Assembly: GCF_964204645.1 (NCBI RefSeq)
Contig: NC_134027.1
Coordinates: 16,586,485-16,650,484, forward strand
Direction: 5' to 3'
Source of the DNA: Tubulanus polymorphus
Lineage: Eukaryota; Animalia; Nemertea
DNA length: 64,000 nt
Below the pieces are notes generated by a model. That model was not told the origin of the DNA and did not search any database. It saw only the letters and a list, made by a program, of their open reading frames with translations. Shown in pieces: positions 10,758 to 22,406 of this stretch. Position 1 is the stretch's first letter; the number at the start of each line of letters is the position of its first letter. The position numbers and the translations under genes were made by a program.

Positions 10758-11879
10758 TGTGGTATGCAGGGGTTAAGGTCTGGAGGGGAAGAAAACCTGT
10801 CCCAGGCACATCAGCAAAACAGACTATTGGTTTATTTAAGTACCAGTTAGTTTATAATGTACTCCCTGCTTCGGCAAAGGCGGTTGCGCTGGCTTGGCCA
10901 CGTACACAGAATGCAGGATGGGCGGATCCCCAAGGATCTTCTATATGGGGAACTCGCAAGTGGAAAGAGGTCAAAAGGCCGCCCACATCTACGCTTCAAG
11001 GATACATGCAAGAGAGACATGAAGGCATGCTCCATAAATCAGGAAACGTGGGAGGCTTCAGCGGCGGATAGGTCACAGTGGAGACGTCAAGTCACGCTGG
11101 GACTTAAAAACTTTGAACAGGACTTTTGCGCTAAAGCCACTCTGAGGCGAGCTCAGAGACACGCTAGGATTTAAACTGAACTCTCTGCGGTGCTGTTTAT
11201 CCATGGTCGAAAGACTGAAGGAGCCAATGATGAGTTTACATTTAGCGAATTTCAATAAAACCGGACCTACGTATCGGAAATGTGACTGGCAACTTCAGTA
11301 GTTATCAACTAGCAAGGTCTACAAAATATAAAAAATATATCTTAGCATTTGCATAAAACATAAAGTATATTAATTCATTAATGCAACTATCTCAAACTGA
11401 ATTGAATAATAAGTACACTATAATTAATTAACTCTCAAAACAATATCAATAACTGTTAAGAAAAATCTATTGAATCTATATTAAGTCAAAAAACATATAT
11501 CATTCAACATGGAAATGCTATATTATTTAGCTATACCCACGAAGAACATGTAAAGCTTTGCCACCTATGCCACAGGAAAATAAACTCGAGAGACAGAGCA
11601 AAATTGACAAATTCGAAGTATAACATAAAACTCACCAGTAAATGCACAGACACTTGTTCCTGCCTTGCTAGAGTCTATGAATGAATGCACCACACTGGTA
11701 TGTGCGGGTTAGATGTATAGGTTTTGGTATCAATTGGAATTGCTGGTGCATGAAGTGTGAAAAACATGGTTATAAGGTTACAGAAATGCTAGCAACACGT
11801 ACATGCATTATGAAAGACTGAAAGGGGAAATCTGAAATATAAACTGTATTGGTTAATGGGTATTTTCCATAATACCACA
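10758..11879. mobile_element. Unclassified insert with TGTGGTAT...ATACCACA ends and an imperfect 4-bp TSD (TTAA/CTAA)
   Basis: Integrase-coding sequence resumes on both sides of it. The short TG..CA inverted ends suggest a Ginger-like element or a solo LTR. Confidence 0.55.
10835..11174 (+). mobile_element. RTE-clade (BovB-like) LINE 3' fragment
   Basis: LLRQRRLRWLGHVHRMQDGRIPKDLLYGELASGKRSKGRPHLRFKDTCKRDM...WEASAADRSQWR is the canonical RTE ORF C-terminus. Confidence 0.9.
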
Positions 11880-12749
11880 CTAATATTTTCTTTTTAATTT
11901 TGAAAATTTCTTCAGTAAAATTGGAGTATAACCTTTACAAAAGGTTTTTCTATATTTAGATATTCTAACGTGTTGTCCTATTTTAAATTTAGGTTCTCCA
12001 AAATCATGTGTAACAAATGCTCCATATAAATTATTCCAAACTATTTCTGAATTATCTTCTTTTCTAGCTTTTATTGGTTTCATACCAATACTTGAATGTT
12101 TAGAATTATCATAACCTTTCACCAAATCATCTAACACATCGATATATTTATACGTTTCATTTGCAGTAAAATATTTCCACATTCTAGTTTTCAATGTTTT
12201 ATTTAATCTTTCTATAATAGATGCTTTTTTATTTGAGTGTGTTGAAAAATATTCTACATCCTTATCAGATAATAATCTTTAAAAATGTTTATTATAGAAT
12301 TCCTTCAATTTATAGAATTCATCAAATTGTATCTTACCTGGAATAGCTTCTTTAAATATTGATTTAAAAGCATTTGTTACTTCTATACCAGTTCTATTTT
12401 TGATTGGAATACTCCATGCGTATCTACTGAATATATCTATAACATTTAATATCCAGAAATATCCTTTGTTTTGTTCTTCTAAGTTCTTCATATCAATCAA
12501 ATCTGCTTGCCATTGTTGATCAATATATGAAACCATTACTTTTCTCGTTAAATTATTTTTATCCATTTTCTTATGGATTTGATATGTGGGTTGATTTTGT
12601 AACCATAATCTTAATTCACTATATTTTTTTATATTTTCTTTATCAAATTTTATTTTATCCCATAAATCTGAAACGCTAGAATATGATACTTCACTCTCTG
12701 GGTTATAATATAAATCTCTTAAATATTGTTATTTTTTCATCTTCTTTTA

Positions 12750-13100
12750 ATCCATTAATAATAATCTTGGTTTATTTTCAATGACTTTATCATTTGACTT
12801 ATTTTCTGGTGTAATAGATTTATCATCGGCATCATTATCATTAGATTTAGATTTATATTTATATATTACACCAGAGAATACAATTACTGCGATTAACCCA
12901 ATTGTAATATATAATTTATTATTACTTCCAGCATTAGAAGAATCAGATGGATTATCATTCGAATTTATAACAGATAATTTCTGTGGTTCATTTATATAAG
13001 TTAATTTCTTTTTCTTTGCTTTTTTAACTCAGAAGATCTTTTACCCAATTCCCTAGCCCATTTAATTTGTTTTTCGGATCTATGCTTCTTCTTAACATCA
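12750..13100 (-). pseudogene. Polinton small basic protein with a putative transmembrane helix
   Basis: Minus-strand fragments include KKKHRSEKQIKWARELGKRS... and NLLYITIGLIAVIVFSGVIYKYK-like hydrophobic sequence. The frame is disrupted. Confidence 0.4.
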
Positions 13101-13658
13101 TCACTCATTTATTTTAGTTAATTTTTGTTCTGATTCAATATCTTCTGATTTATTTTTAACTTTGTATTCTATAGGTTTGATGTTAGAAAATGTTTTAACT
13201 CCAGTAGAAATCAATGTCATTATTCCTCCTAATTGGAATGAAGCGTATCCAACCCATTTTTGTAATTCTGTCATAACTAAATAATCATTTTTTAAATCGC
13301 TATATAATTTATTTTCATCATCAGTAGGTATAATCCGGTTACATAATTTAGAATAACATTTTATAATACCATCACTTATAGAGTCGTTTATTCTAACTAA
13401 TCTAGCTTCTTCATATATTTTGAAACGTTTTATTACTTTATCTGGTTTCATGTTATCTAATTCTTGAAAAGTTATAATTCTATTTAAGAATTCCTTAGAT
13501 TTTCCACCAGCAATCAATAGTTCTAGATGGTGCTTACATGTTAAATAGTATTCATAATCAATATCATCATTTTGAATACAATTAGAAACAACTGTATCAT
13601 TATTGCCAGTAATGCCCAAATCCTCAATTGTCTTTACAATATCAGATTTCTTTGACAT
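13101..13658 (-). CDS. Polinton uncharacterised helical protein (185 aa)
   Basis: Intact ORF upstream of the integrase. It has LELLIAGGKSKEFLNRIITFQELD and a hydrophobic C-terminal segment. Confidence 0.6.
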   Translation of the reverse strand: MSKKSDIVKTIEDLGITGNNDTVVSNCIQNDDIDYEYYLTCKHHLELLIAGGKSKEFLNRIITFQELDNMKPDKVIKRFKIYEEARLVRINDSISDGIIKCYSKLCNRIIPTDDENKLYSDLKNDYLVMTELQKWVGYASFQLGGIMTLISTGVKTFSNIKPIEYKVKNKSEDIESEQKLTKINE

Positions 13659-14345
13659 TTATTTTAGCAAAAAAGCGAAAAAAAATATTATAAAATGATA
13701 CTAGAATAATACCTTGTGTGACACTAGTGTTTGATAAGTAATACTAGCTATTTGTTATTGTAATATATGTATTATAAGTTATTGTTTTTTTATGTGAATC
13801 AATTCAATCTAGTGTCAATTAGAATTGCAAAAGAAAATATTAAAAATATAATAGAATTCACTATATAGTTGAAGTTATTGTTTTTTAAAACTTTTTATTT
13901 AAATTAGGATTCAATATCTCCTTACTATTATCTATCTATAGGAGCGATAACTATAACTGATAAGTCATTTCGGATCCTCGATAATAAATTGCTGAAGCTG
14001 AAAAGTAATTTAACGAAACGACTGGTGGAATTACTATTTCATAAACATATGTATTTTATTCTACAGTCAGTATCGATTTCCACATTCCAAGCCGCTCGGC
14101 AGCCAAGCGGTAAGGTATGCATGGAATGCAGGAATCAATAAAGTATAATACAACAACTGTCACTGTTGCCATTAACAACAGCTGAACATAGAATAATAGA
14201 AAATGCAATTAAGGTAAATATAATACATTAAAAAATCTATATAGTATGAAAAACAACTGCTGTTACAAATCATCATTGGGATTTTCTAATTTCGACCAGA
14301 ATTCTTTGATTTCGGGGTAATTTTCAAACATTTTTTCTATTTCTG

Positions 14346-14927
14346 TCAAATGATTAATAACGTATCAAATGGCAAACCCAATAATTGAAATTTTTTAAAC
14401 GAATATAATTTTCCAATCCCTCTAAGTTTTCTTTCATAACCCACACTAATATGTATATTTTCTTTAACCCAATTAGCCCATGAAATATTTACAGTTTGAG
14501 TCGAATGAAAAAGAACAAACCCTGTATTCAAAGAATTCCCAAAAATTATAAAATCCCAAAGATGATTTGTTTGTTTTGTTAACAATTTTTCATACTCGCT
14601 TATCAGTAAGTCACCAATTTCTGAAAATAAATGTGCGTCTATTTCATGGAAATTTGATAAATCTCTATAATCAGTTAATTTTGATTTCAAGTACTCATGT
14701 AGTTCATAACCGCTCAATTTGCTTCTATTTTCATTAAGTCCTAATAATGTTTTTAAACTCGGAGTTGGTATTTTCGGAAATTCTTGTATCGTTGATTGAT
14801 TGGTTGTAATTACTTCGTCCAAAATTGTTACTAATTGTTCATAATAATCCAAATGTTTCTTGAGTTTTTCGATATTTTTGTCTTCTATCTCTATTACGGT
14901 CTCTTGAGAAGGTGTATTAATTTCCAT
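14346..14927 (-). CDS. Polinton orphan protein (193 aa or longer)
   Basis: Open frame with a coiled-coil N-terminus and 'SWANWVKENIHISVGYERKLR'. The C-terminus is probably frameshifted. Confidence 0.5.
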   Translation of the reverse strand: MEINTPSQETVIEIEDKNIEKLKKHLDYYEQLVTILDEVITTNQSTIQEFPKIPTPSLKTLLGLNENRSKLSGYELHEYLKSKLTDYRDLSNFHEIDAHLFSEIGDLLISEYEKLLTKQTNHLWDFIIFGNSLNTGFVLFHSTQTVNISWANWVKENIHISVGYERKLRGIGKLYSFKKFQLLGLPFDTLLII

Positions 14928-15249
14928 CGGTTCTGGTTCCTTACTTTCTTGCGTTTTACTTGAAGTAGATAGTGAGCTTCTTGAACATTTGTGACATTTT
15001 CTTTACCAAATATCTAGAATGTAGAATAAAACTAACTTGAAGTTGTAGTTTTCAAATATGAATTACAGCATTTAAACATGTTTTACGTTTCCCGACGCCT
15101 TAATAACAACACAAACGGTACTTACATTTAGAACTGTAAACTCCTAAAATTGTGTTTCTAGAGAGAAATCCTATGCGTTCCTATGCTTATGCACTGCGCG
15201 CTTATAACTGCCAGTTATTCACCAGCCAAACACTGTCTGCCGCGATGGT

Positions 15250-15834
15250 AACAGGTGTTCTTTTATGATGAAATTAATTAATTCTTTTCAACTGAAAGAG
15301 CGCGTTCGATCAATATTCAAATGAGGTACTACTATTTAGATATTGGTAACACATGATCAATATGAAAGTATTCACCATAGTTTTTTTCATTCATTTTATC
15401 GTCCAATTGATATATAATACATGATTTGAGAAATTCATCTGAACACCCCAATAAATTAGATAATGTGTATGAGTGTTTGTCTTTACTGAATAATTGTGAT
15501 AATCTAGAACTTAAACATTGTTTCATTTTAAAATCAAAATCTGTTTGATATCTTTCTTTTCGATAATTCTTATCGTACACTTCAATATGTTCTCGATTAT
15601 TTTTTCTCCATCGTTTACCTTTTTCTTTACATTTTTCTGGATTATTTGACCGATATTGTTTATTATTCTGTTTCCAACATGTTTTACAAATATTTCGTAA
15701 ACCACTTTGTAAAACTTATGTTTATAATATGCTGAAAATTGTTTCTTCAATTCACATTTTGAACATTTCTTGTAGTAAATATTTATAACACCATTATTGT
15801 TTATATTTATAGTTTGTGCTTGTGTACTTTCCAT
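15250..15834 (-). pseudogene. Zn-finger plus HNH/endonuclease VII-like protein of the type seen in large DNA viruses
   Basis: KKCSKCELKK...(frameshift)...ICKTC...a basic helical region...DFDFKMKQCLSSRL...LLGCSDEFLK...MNEKNYGEYFHIDHVLP. Confidence 0.7.
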
Positions 15835-15867
15835 TTATGATACATATTTTTATCAAAATTTGATTAA

Positions 15868-16332
15868 CATGTAATAATCCTGTTCATTATTTCCTTTTCT
15901 TTCTCTTCTTCTCTTTTAAATTTTAGATATTCTTCTAAATTGCAACCATAAGCAACTGTGTGTATACCATCATCCAGAATATATCTTTTATCGTCAAATG
16001 GATTTAGCCTAACCTTTTCAATTACTTCAATAAACATCTCGTGGTACTCACATCTTAAACATTTCGTCTTATGTTTTCTAACTTCTTCATTGAATATACA
16101 ATTGATGTAATCTTTGAAATGAGTATTCTTTCATACTACCCTTTGATTCATGAGTTTTGGTTCTATAACTATACATTTTAGATCGAATCCCTATGAATTC
16201 AATCATTTCTTCACCTCCTAATTCTTCATTGAATTTACCAGGCACCTTTTTATTATCATTACTAAACAATTCATGATCTTTTGGATAATTACTGAAATCA
16301 AAATGATGTTTCAATGTTTTCAAATCAGACAA
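15868..16332 (-). pseudogene. Protein-primed family B DNA polymerase (pPolB), C-terminal fragment
   Basis: FDFSNYPKDHELFSNDNKKVPGKFNEELGGEEMIEFIGIRSKMYSY ... KVRLNPFDDKRYILDDGIHTVAYG are Polinton pPolB C-terminal motifs. The N-terminal portion is missing. Confidence 0.92.
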
Positions 16333-17695
16333 ATTGTATATAATTCAATAATTCACTTCCCCTGGTGGCATGAACAAAGATTTGATGATATATGTTGACA
16401 TTTTCCTGAAACTAGAGGACCAAAGGTCCTGAGGCTCGAAAAATATCAGAAATTCAAAGGTGTCCCCCTTTCGAGTTTAGAACATTTATATTCCGTGGTA
16501 TTATACCGGTACCTTCTGAAACATGGCCATGGCCGCGACTGCACATCAATACCTGGCATTGGGTTTTTCCGTGTTACACTTATATGTACATGTACATGTA
16601 CAACGTAAAGTAAACGGAGATCGGGAAAACACAAACAATGAACGCTTTTACCCTTCGCAGCGCTTTTATGGCCGCAAAATGTGATCTACCGATCTCAGAA
16701 AAATTATGAGACCCAAGCCTCAATAACCCTCATCCCCGCTAAATCTCTACATATTGCCACTGCTCTCTGGAATGATGAGATGACGAATAGAAATCGACAT
16801 CAGTAGCACCAAAGCTAACCGTACCATTTTTTCTCACTACTTGAAATAACCTATGCGCAAAGCCAGAGAAAAATTTGCGATTTTAGAGAGAGATAAATAT
16901 AATGCAACACTCATCATCGATTCGACACAGCAGTTGTACTTGAATACTTGTAGTAAAGCGCGGTCGATTGATGCGCGCGGGCAGTATCTTATCTTCAAGC
17001 ACAAAACTATCGTATTGTTTCCAATAATTAATTTGTTTACACTCTTCGCGTAAAAGAAACGCGACACATCTGAATTTCTTCCGGACAGCAAAGTAAAATC
17101 AGGTGACAATCGGAACTATTTAATTTTGCGCATTGAAACATACATACGCTTTAAGCGGCGTGATCAGTACGCACAATAGGGAGCATTTTTTGATTGCTAG
17201 AAAAGCGATAAAGCGACTCAACTTGTCAAACTGAACGGTTGATTGTGCGAATAATACTAGTCGCTCCCTACACTACGGCACATAGTTCGAGCCTAAAAAC
17301 CTTTTTCCACTTAATGAGTACTGATGACACCAAGACGACCGCCAATTTCGTGATAATTGGATCAAAAGTACCTGCCAGAAGTTTTCATAACTTCCCAAAT
17401 ATAACTGGATTCTGTCAATGGATGAACAGACAGTAACGGACGAAAAGTGAATGCAATAGCCTGCAGGGACTTAAGTTCCGAGCAAGCTAAAAATAACAAC
17501 CCATTATATTAGTACGATAACCACACTCAAACGTGGTGAACAGATGATAAGAAGATAAAAAACCCACTATATACAAATTAAAAGACAAATTTAAGGTTTT
17601 TACCTTAACCCAGTATATTGTATTTCGATAGTTCTTTACTAGGACATAGAAATGAGGAAATATCCTTTCAGAAGAATTGTACATAACATACTATT

Positions 17696-17789
17696 TCAAT
17701 TTTCGGGTTCCATGACATCAAATTCTATGTGGACGTCACATGATTTGCCAGAGGATTTCTCGGAACAGGTCACGTGGAGGGATCCCTCT
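17696..17789 (-). CDS. HSPA14: HSPA14 terminal coding exon
   Basis: Boundaries are ttgtag|A GAG GGA TCC ... AAT TGA. Encodes (R)EGSLHVTCSEKSSGKSCDVHIEFDVMEPEN*, which matches the HSPA14 C-terminal 'RDGSLHVTC...GK' motif. Confidence 0.88.
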
Positions 17790-17820
17790 CTACAATTGAA
17801 AAAGAAACACAATAAAATGA

Positions 17821-20150
17821 ACTAGGGGTCCAGGGACAGTATGCCCACTTGGAAAGTGGTTTCAAATGCTCAATCCCCCTGCCCCCTGGTAACCATACAG
17901 AAAAACCAATGACCTTGAAACTCACCACATTCATAGAACATGTCAGCAGCTACAATTTTGCAATTAGTTGTGTTAACAATGTATGCCTCGGTACCAATAT
18001 AATATGGAAACCCTAAGTTATTCTACTATTCAACGCCCCTGGTGACCATGTGCAAAACCCAATGACCTTGAAACTCACCACATTCATAGAACATGTCAGC
18101 AGCTACAATTTTGCAATTAGTTGTGATAACAATACAGGGTTCATTGTCTCAAGCTCAGGTGAAATTCAAGCCATTTCAAGCTAGATTTATACCATTTTCA
18201 AGCTATTTTTTAAGCAATTTTGGAAGCAATTTTCGATAGTCGCAGCCAATTTGCCTATTTTTAACAGGTTCGTATAAAAATGTCAAAAAAGAGGTAAAAT
18301 TTTGATTCCAATGGAACCTCTGAGTCGATACGATTCTGTTAGAGATGAAGCCCCTTTATCACAATGATTTTAAGCATTTCCTAGCTTAAATATTCATATC
18401 AATCAAGATTTGGATATTAGGCCATCCCAAATTAATTGTCTGTTTTGCCATTACACCTTCTAAAATTTTTGGGATAAGTCAGTAGGAAGGTAGAATCATT
18501 TTTTTTTGCAAAATTATGGGGCAAAAAAAACAACAAATTTATCATCACCTCTTTTAGTTGAAACAATATCCCAAATCTGCGTTCAAAATGAAACAGTGGA
18601 TTGAATATATGCACGCTATAACATTACCAGCTTTAATAGGCCTATAGTCACTAAGAATGAATGGCAGCTTATTGGAACACTGCCAGTTTCCTGGAAAACT
18701 TCAACTATAGTCGAGGCATGTTTTCACACGATGCACACTTAACTTCAAACATACGTAGTTCATACATCTGCAGTGGGTCGGCCATTTGTATCAAAAATAA
18801 AATTTATTTCAATGAATCCAAGAAAAAAGTTTCCACTCAGTACCTTTGAAGTCGGGTCGGTCGGGTGACGGCAAACAGACCATTATTTTTGGATGGCCTA
18901 ATACGAAATTTGTAATGTTCAATGACTTTGACTAGGTCGCGGTGCCTTCAACATGGCTCTCACACCTGGTGTGGGATTTCAATGCCATTTTACATCAATG
19001 CTCGATAACATGCATGACTGAAATTTCCCCATATGTTCAAGTCTCCAGACACCGGAGAGTTTAACTACAAGTCGCAGTGCAAGCAAGTCTCGCGATTCAA
19101 TACAATTCAATTAATTTCTTTATGGATGCCTGAAACATGATGCACGCGTAGAAACGACTCAAGAACATATTCTGTCTGCGATTTCATCGAAAAAAATTCG
19201 CGAAGAAGAAAATTTGTGATAATCAAGCATTTCAAGCCATATCTTTTTATTTCAAGTCAAAAATAATTATTTCAAGCTTTCGATCTATTTTCAAGATGTT
19301 TTCAAGCGCTTGAGTAGTATTTCTCAAATTCAAGCCATTTCAAGCTTTTCAAGCACCGCGACGAACCCTGCAATATATGCCTCGGTACCAATATGATATG
19401 GAAATACTAAGTTATTCTACTATTCAACGCCCCTGGTGATCATAAAGAAAAATTAATGACCTTGAAACTCACCACAATCATAGAACATGTCATGAGTTAC
19501 AACTTTCCAAATGATTGTGGTAACAAAATATGCATAGGTTTCAATATTATGTGGGAAAACTTTTTTCCACCTACGAATGAGTGCTGATGACACCAAGATG
19601 GCCGCCAATTGCGTGATCATAGGCTGATCAAAAATACTTGTCTCAAGTATTGAAGATCCTTTTCCATAGAATAGCCAACACAAATTTCAATGAAAAATGG
19701 CAAACCAGTAGGAAGCTACAGGACTCAGAATTCAGGCCAAAATTGACATTTTTGGGCACAAAAAAGGTCACAGGACGGCCATCTTGAGTCCGATCGACCC
19801 AAATTTTCTTATGCTGATGGGCCCTTTGGGGATACAAATACCTACGAAAGATCAAGGTAATTGATCAAAGCGTCTTCAAAATTTCCCTCGAAAACTTCAA
19901 ATATGTGTATAAAGTGCTGATTTTAGCCAACAACAATGGCTGCCAGTCGGCCATCTTGAATCTGACAGGGCCAGTTTTTGGACTGAAGATGTGTCTACGG
20001 TAGATACATGTGTAACCCAAGTATCAAAACATTACATTGAAGTGTCTTCAAAACTTCCCACAATAACTGGATTCCGTCTACAGACAAACGGACGGGCAGA
20101 CGGGCGAAAAAGCAATAGCCCGCTGGGACTTAAGTCCCAAGTGGGCTAAA
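17821..20150 (+). mobile_element. HINE copy (same family as 2691-3960) in the last HSPA14 intron, with a nested insertion
   Basis: Same ACTAGGGGTCC start, tandem units and terminal GGGACTTAAGTCCCAAGTGGGCTA hairpin. Confidence 0.85.
18135..19370. mobile_element. Non-autonomous hAT-like (hAT5-type) element with 5-bp TSD
   Basis: CAGGGTTC...GAACCCTG ends, TSD CAATA, and subterminal TTCAAGC repeats. The host repeat unit resumes exactly after it. Confidence 0.75.
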
Positions 20151-20465
20151 AAGGAGCATAGGTCCTGTAGGATCAATGATATGCATACCAATAAAGATAG
20201 ACAAATTGTAAATAATTCAATTATTTATATTTTTGAACGCAAACATCGATTTGTTTGATGGTCTTTTTTGATGGGTAACCCACACAACCAAGCAATTCCA
20301 TCAAGGCTGACTTTTTTATGTGAATAACCTTCAATCTTTTTTGAATATATTCGGATATAAATCTCCCATCCAAAATGACAGGTGGATAGCCGGTAGCATT
20401 AAAACTTTACATATATAATTCAGCCAGTTGAAATCTAAGGAATTATTTAATAAATACAAACATAC

Positions 20466-20524
20466 CTTCGTATATGAAAAACAATGCTAATTAGTGCTTG
20501 TGGTGGAAGCTCATCAAGCATCAA
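20466..20524 (-). CDS. HSPA14: HSPA14 short penultimate exon
   Basis: Boundaries are gtttttttag|TTG ATG CTT ... CGA AG|gtatg. Encodes LMLDELPPQALISIVFHIR(R). Length 59 nt; phase 0/2 fits both neighbours. It is too short for the ORF track. Confidence 0.8.
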
Positions 20525-21069
20525 CTAAAAAAACAAAATGATAAATATAGCTTCAAAGCAGCGATAACAGGTTTTCTGGCAAGCTATGCAGCCAAAATTA
20601 ATGGAATCATAGAAAATAAAAATATCTCATTTGCAGGATTCCGACTTGTTGTGTTGTGGCACCTTCAGAAGTGACTAGAATATCGCTGAAGACGACTGAT
20701 GCCCCCACATCAGGTGAAACGCCTGAGTTTAAAATACACCCCGAGCGCATGTCGACTTATTTATGAAGGCAGGAAATGAAAAATACAAAATTGTCATTTT
20801 TCAATAGTTGACTTATAGAAACGATGTGTTTTAAGAGTAGCTGCGATGGTAGGAGTTACTATCACAAAGTCATTGTTTACAGGCAGGTGGTTTTAGTCAC
20901 CTCTACTGCTAGTGCCCACTATCGAAACCAGATGTTTTAAAAAAAGTCACTTTTCAATAGAAGACTCTTTGAAACAGCCACCATAGAAAACCAACCGAAT
21001 TGAAAGGAATACTATTTCAGAGTGACTGTTTTGAAATGCATACTACTGGAAAAGTGGCTGATATTGTTA

Positions 21070-21724
21070 CCGTATTTTCCAGTGTATAAGTCGAGTTTTT
21101 GAGACCAAAAATCATGTCCAAAAAACGTAGGTAGACTTATACACCAGCTACACTTTCGATATCGTTTTAAACTGACGATGTTTAGAGTTCAAGGTCGCCA
21201 TGATGAAATGGAATATTAATTTATGTAAGGCTACACTCATATACCAATTAGAATTTAGGATGTTGATAAAAATAGTTTCTTATAGTTTGGAAATATTTCA
21301 AAATTAACTAATGTTAAAAATCAAAAGAGAAAGAAAACCCGCGTATATTCATTGTACAGTGTTTATATAAGCCGCGATGCTGTGGCAGCGTGCCAATAAT
21401 CAATACACAGTGAGTCTAATACTAGACTACTCGCGCGCGGCATTCAACGTATACACTATACATTCAACACGTGGATACAAACAATGAGCACTAATCCGGT
21501 AATTTAACATTAGAAACAACAGATCCCAATGATTTAATAATGCAAACAGTGGTAAAGTCTCTCAACTACTATGAGAATGACATCGGCACTGTTTTCAATG
21601 TGACATATGTAAACACATGAAGAAGCGACTCGACTTATACACCGACAATAGCCCTAGCACAACTTTTTATGAAAATTTGACCTCGACTTATACACCGGGT
21701 CGACTTGTACACCGGAAAATACGG
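21070..21724. mobile_element. Tc1/mariner (pogo/Tigger-like) MITE
   Basis: TA|CCGTATTTTCCAGTGTATAAGTCGA ... TCGACTTGTACACCGGAAAATACGG|TA. A partial copy lies at ~32230-32612. Confidence 0.8.
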
Positions 21725-21814
21725 TAATTGTTTATTGTTCTCAAGTGGCTACTAAGTAACAGTAGACGTTTGGGCTCAAAAGTGCGATAGACATGTTCTT
21801 GGAATCAGCCTTTC

Positions 21815-22270
21815 AATTGCGGCCTCCAGGCTGTTAACTTCATTTTTCATGTTGGCCCTCTGGTGGCCATTATTTTAATTGAATCAACCCAATTTTAAAT
21901 AGGGTTCTGGCCAAAGTGATGCCCTTTATATGTACCAAGTTTGAAAACAATCGATCAAAATTGCAGCTTCTAGGGTGTTAACGTCGTTCTTCATGTCGGG
22001 CCCCTATGGCAATAATTTGAATTGAATCAACCCAATTTTAAATAGGCTTCTCGGCCCAAGTGATATCCTACTTGTGTACAAAGTTTGAAATAAATCAGTA
22101 AACAATTGCAGCCTCTAGTATGTCAACGTCGTTTATCATGTCAACCCCCTGGTGGCCATAATTTGAATCGAATCGACCAAATTTTTAATACGGTTCTGGC
22201 CTAATTGATATCCTACTTGTGTACCAACTTTGAAATAAATCAGTCACCAATAGCGGCCTCTAGGTTGTTA
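21815..22270 (+). repeat. ~145-bp tandem repeat, 3+ units (HINE-type satellite family 2)
   Basis: Repeated GCCTCTAGG.TGTTAAC...CCCCTGGTGGCCATAATTTGAATCGAATC...GTGTACCAAGTTTGAAA. Homologous to 52690-53302. Confidence 0.8.
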
Positions 22271-22406
22271 AAGTCGCGCTTGGGTTTGGAACGCTTAGTA
22301 ACTAACAAAGAGCACTAATCAGGTAATCTAATGTAGAGACAACAGATCTGAATTATTAATTGCAAACAGTGGTAAAGATTCTCAACTACTATGAGAATGA
22401 CCTTAG

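Larger units (their letters stand above)
10526..12740 (-). pseudogene. Polinton retroviral-like integrase with C-terminal chromodomain, interrupted
   Basis: Motifs are YLRDLYYNPE, WQADLIDM, VIDIFSRYAWSIPIK, IERLNKTLKTRMWKYFT, YDNSKHSSIGMKP and FKIGQHVRISK. After the 10758-11879 insert it continues KPFVYKLEDL...FYEQEL...YKIEKVLK...LVKYRGYDDKCNEWI (chromodomain). Confidence 0.92.
1600..16332. mobile_element. Degraded endogenous Polinton/Maverick (adintovirus-like) virus; boundaries approximate
   Basis: Very AT-rich, intronless, gene-dense block containing pPolB, chromodomain integrase, A32-like packaging ATPase and major capsid protein remnants. Most hallmark ORFs carry stops, frameshifts or insertions. 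No TIRs were found. Confidence 0.9.

Noticed and set aside
16340-16410. Possible HSPA14 terminal exon (ttcag|G AAA ATG TCA...)
   Set aside because: The translation has no Hsp70 similarity, whereas 17789-17696 matches the expected C-terminus.
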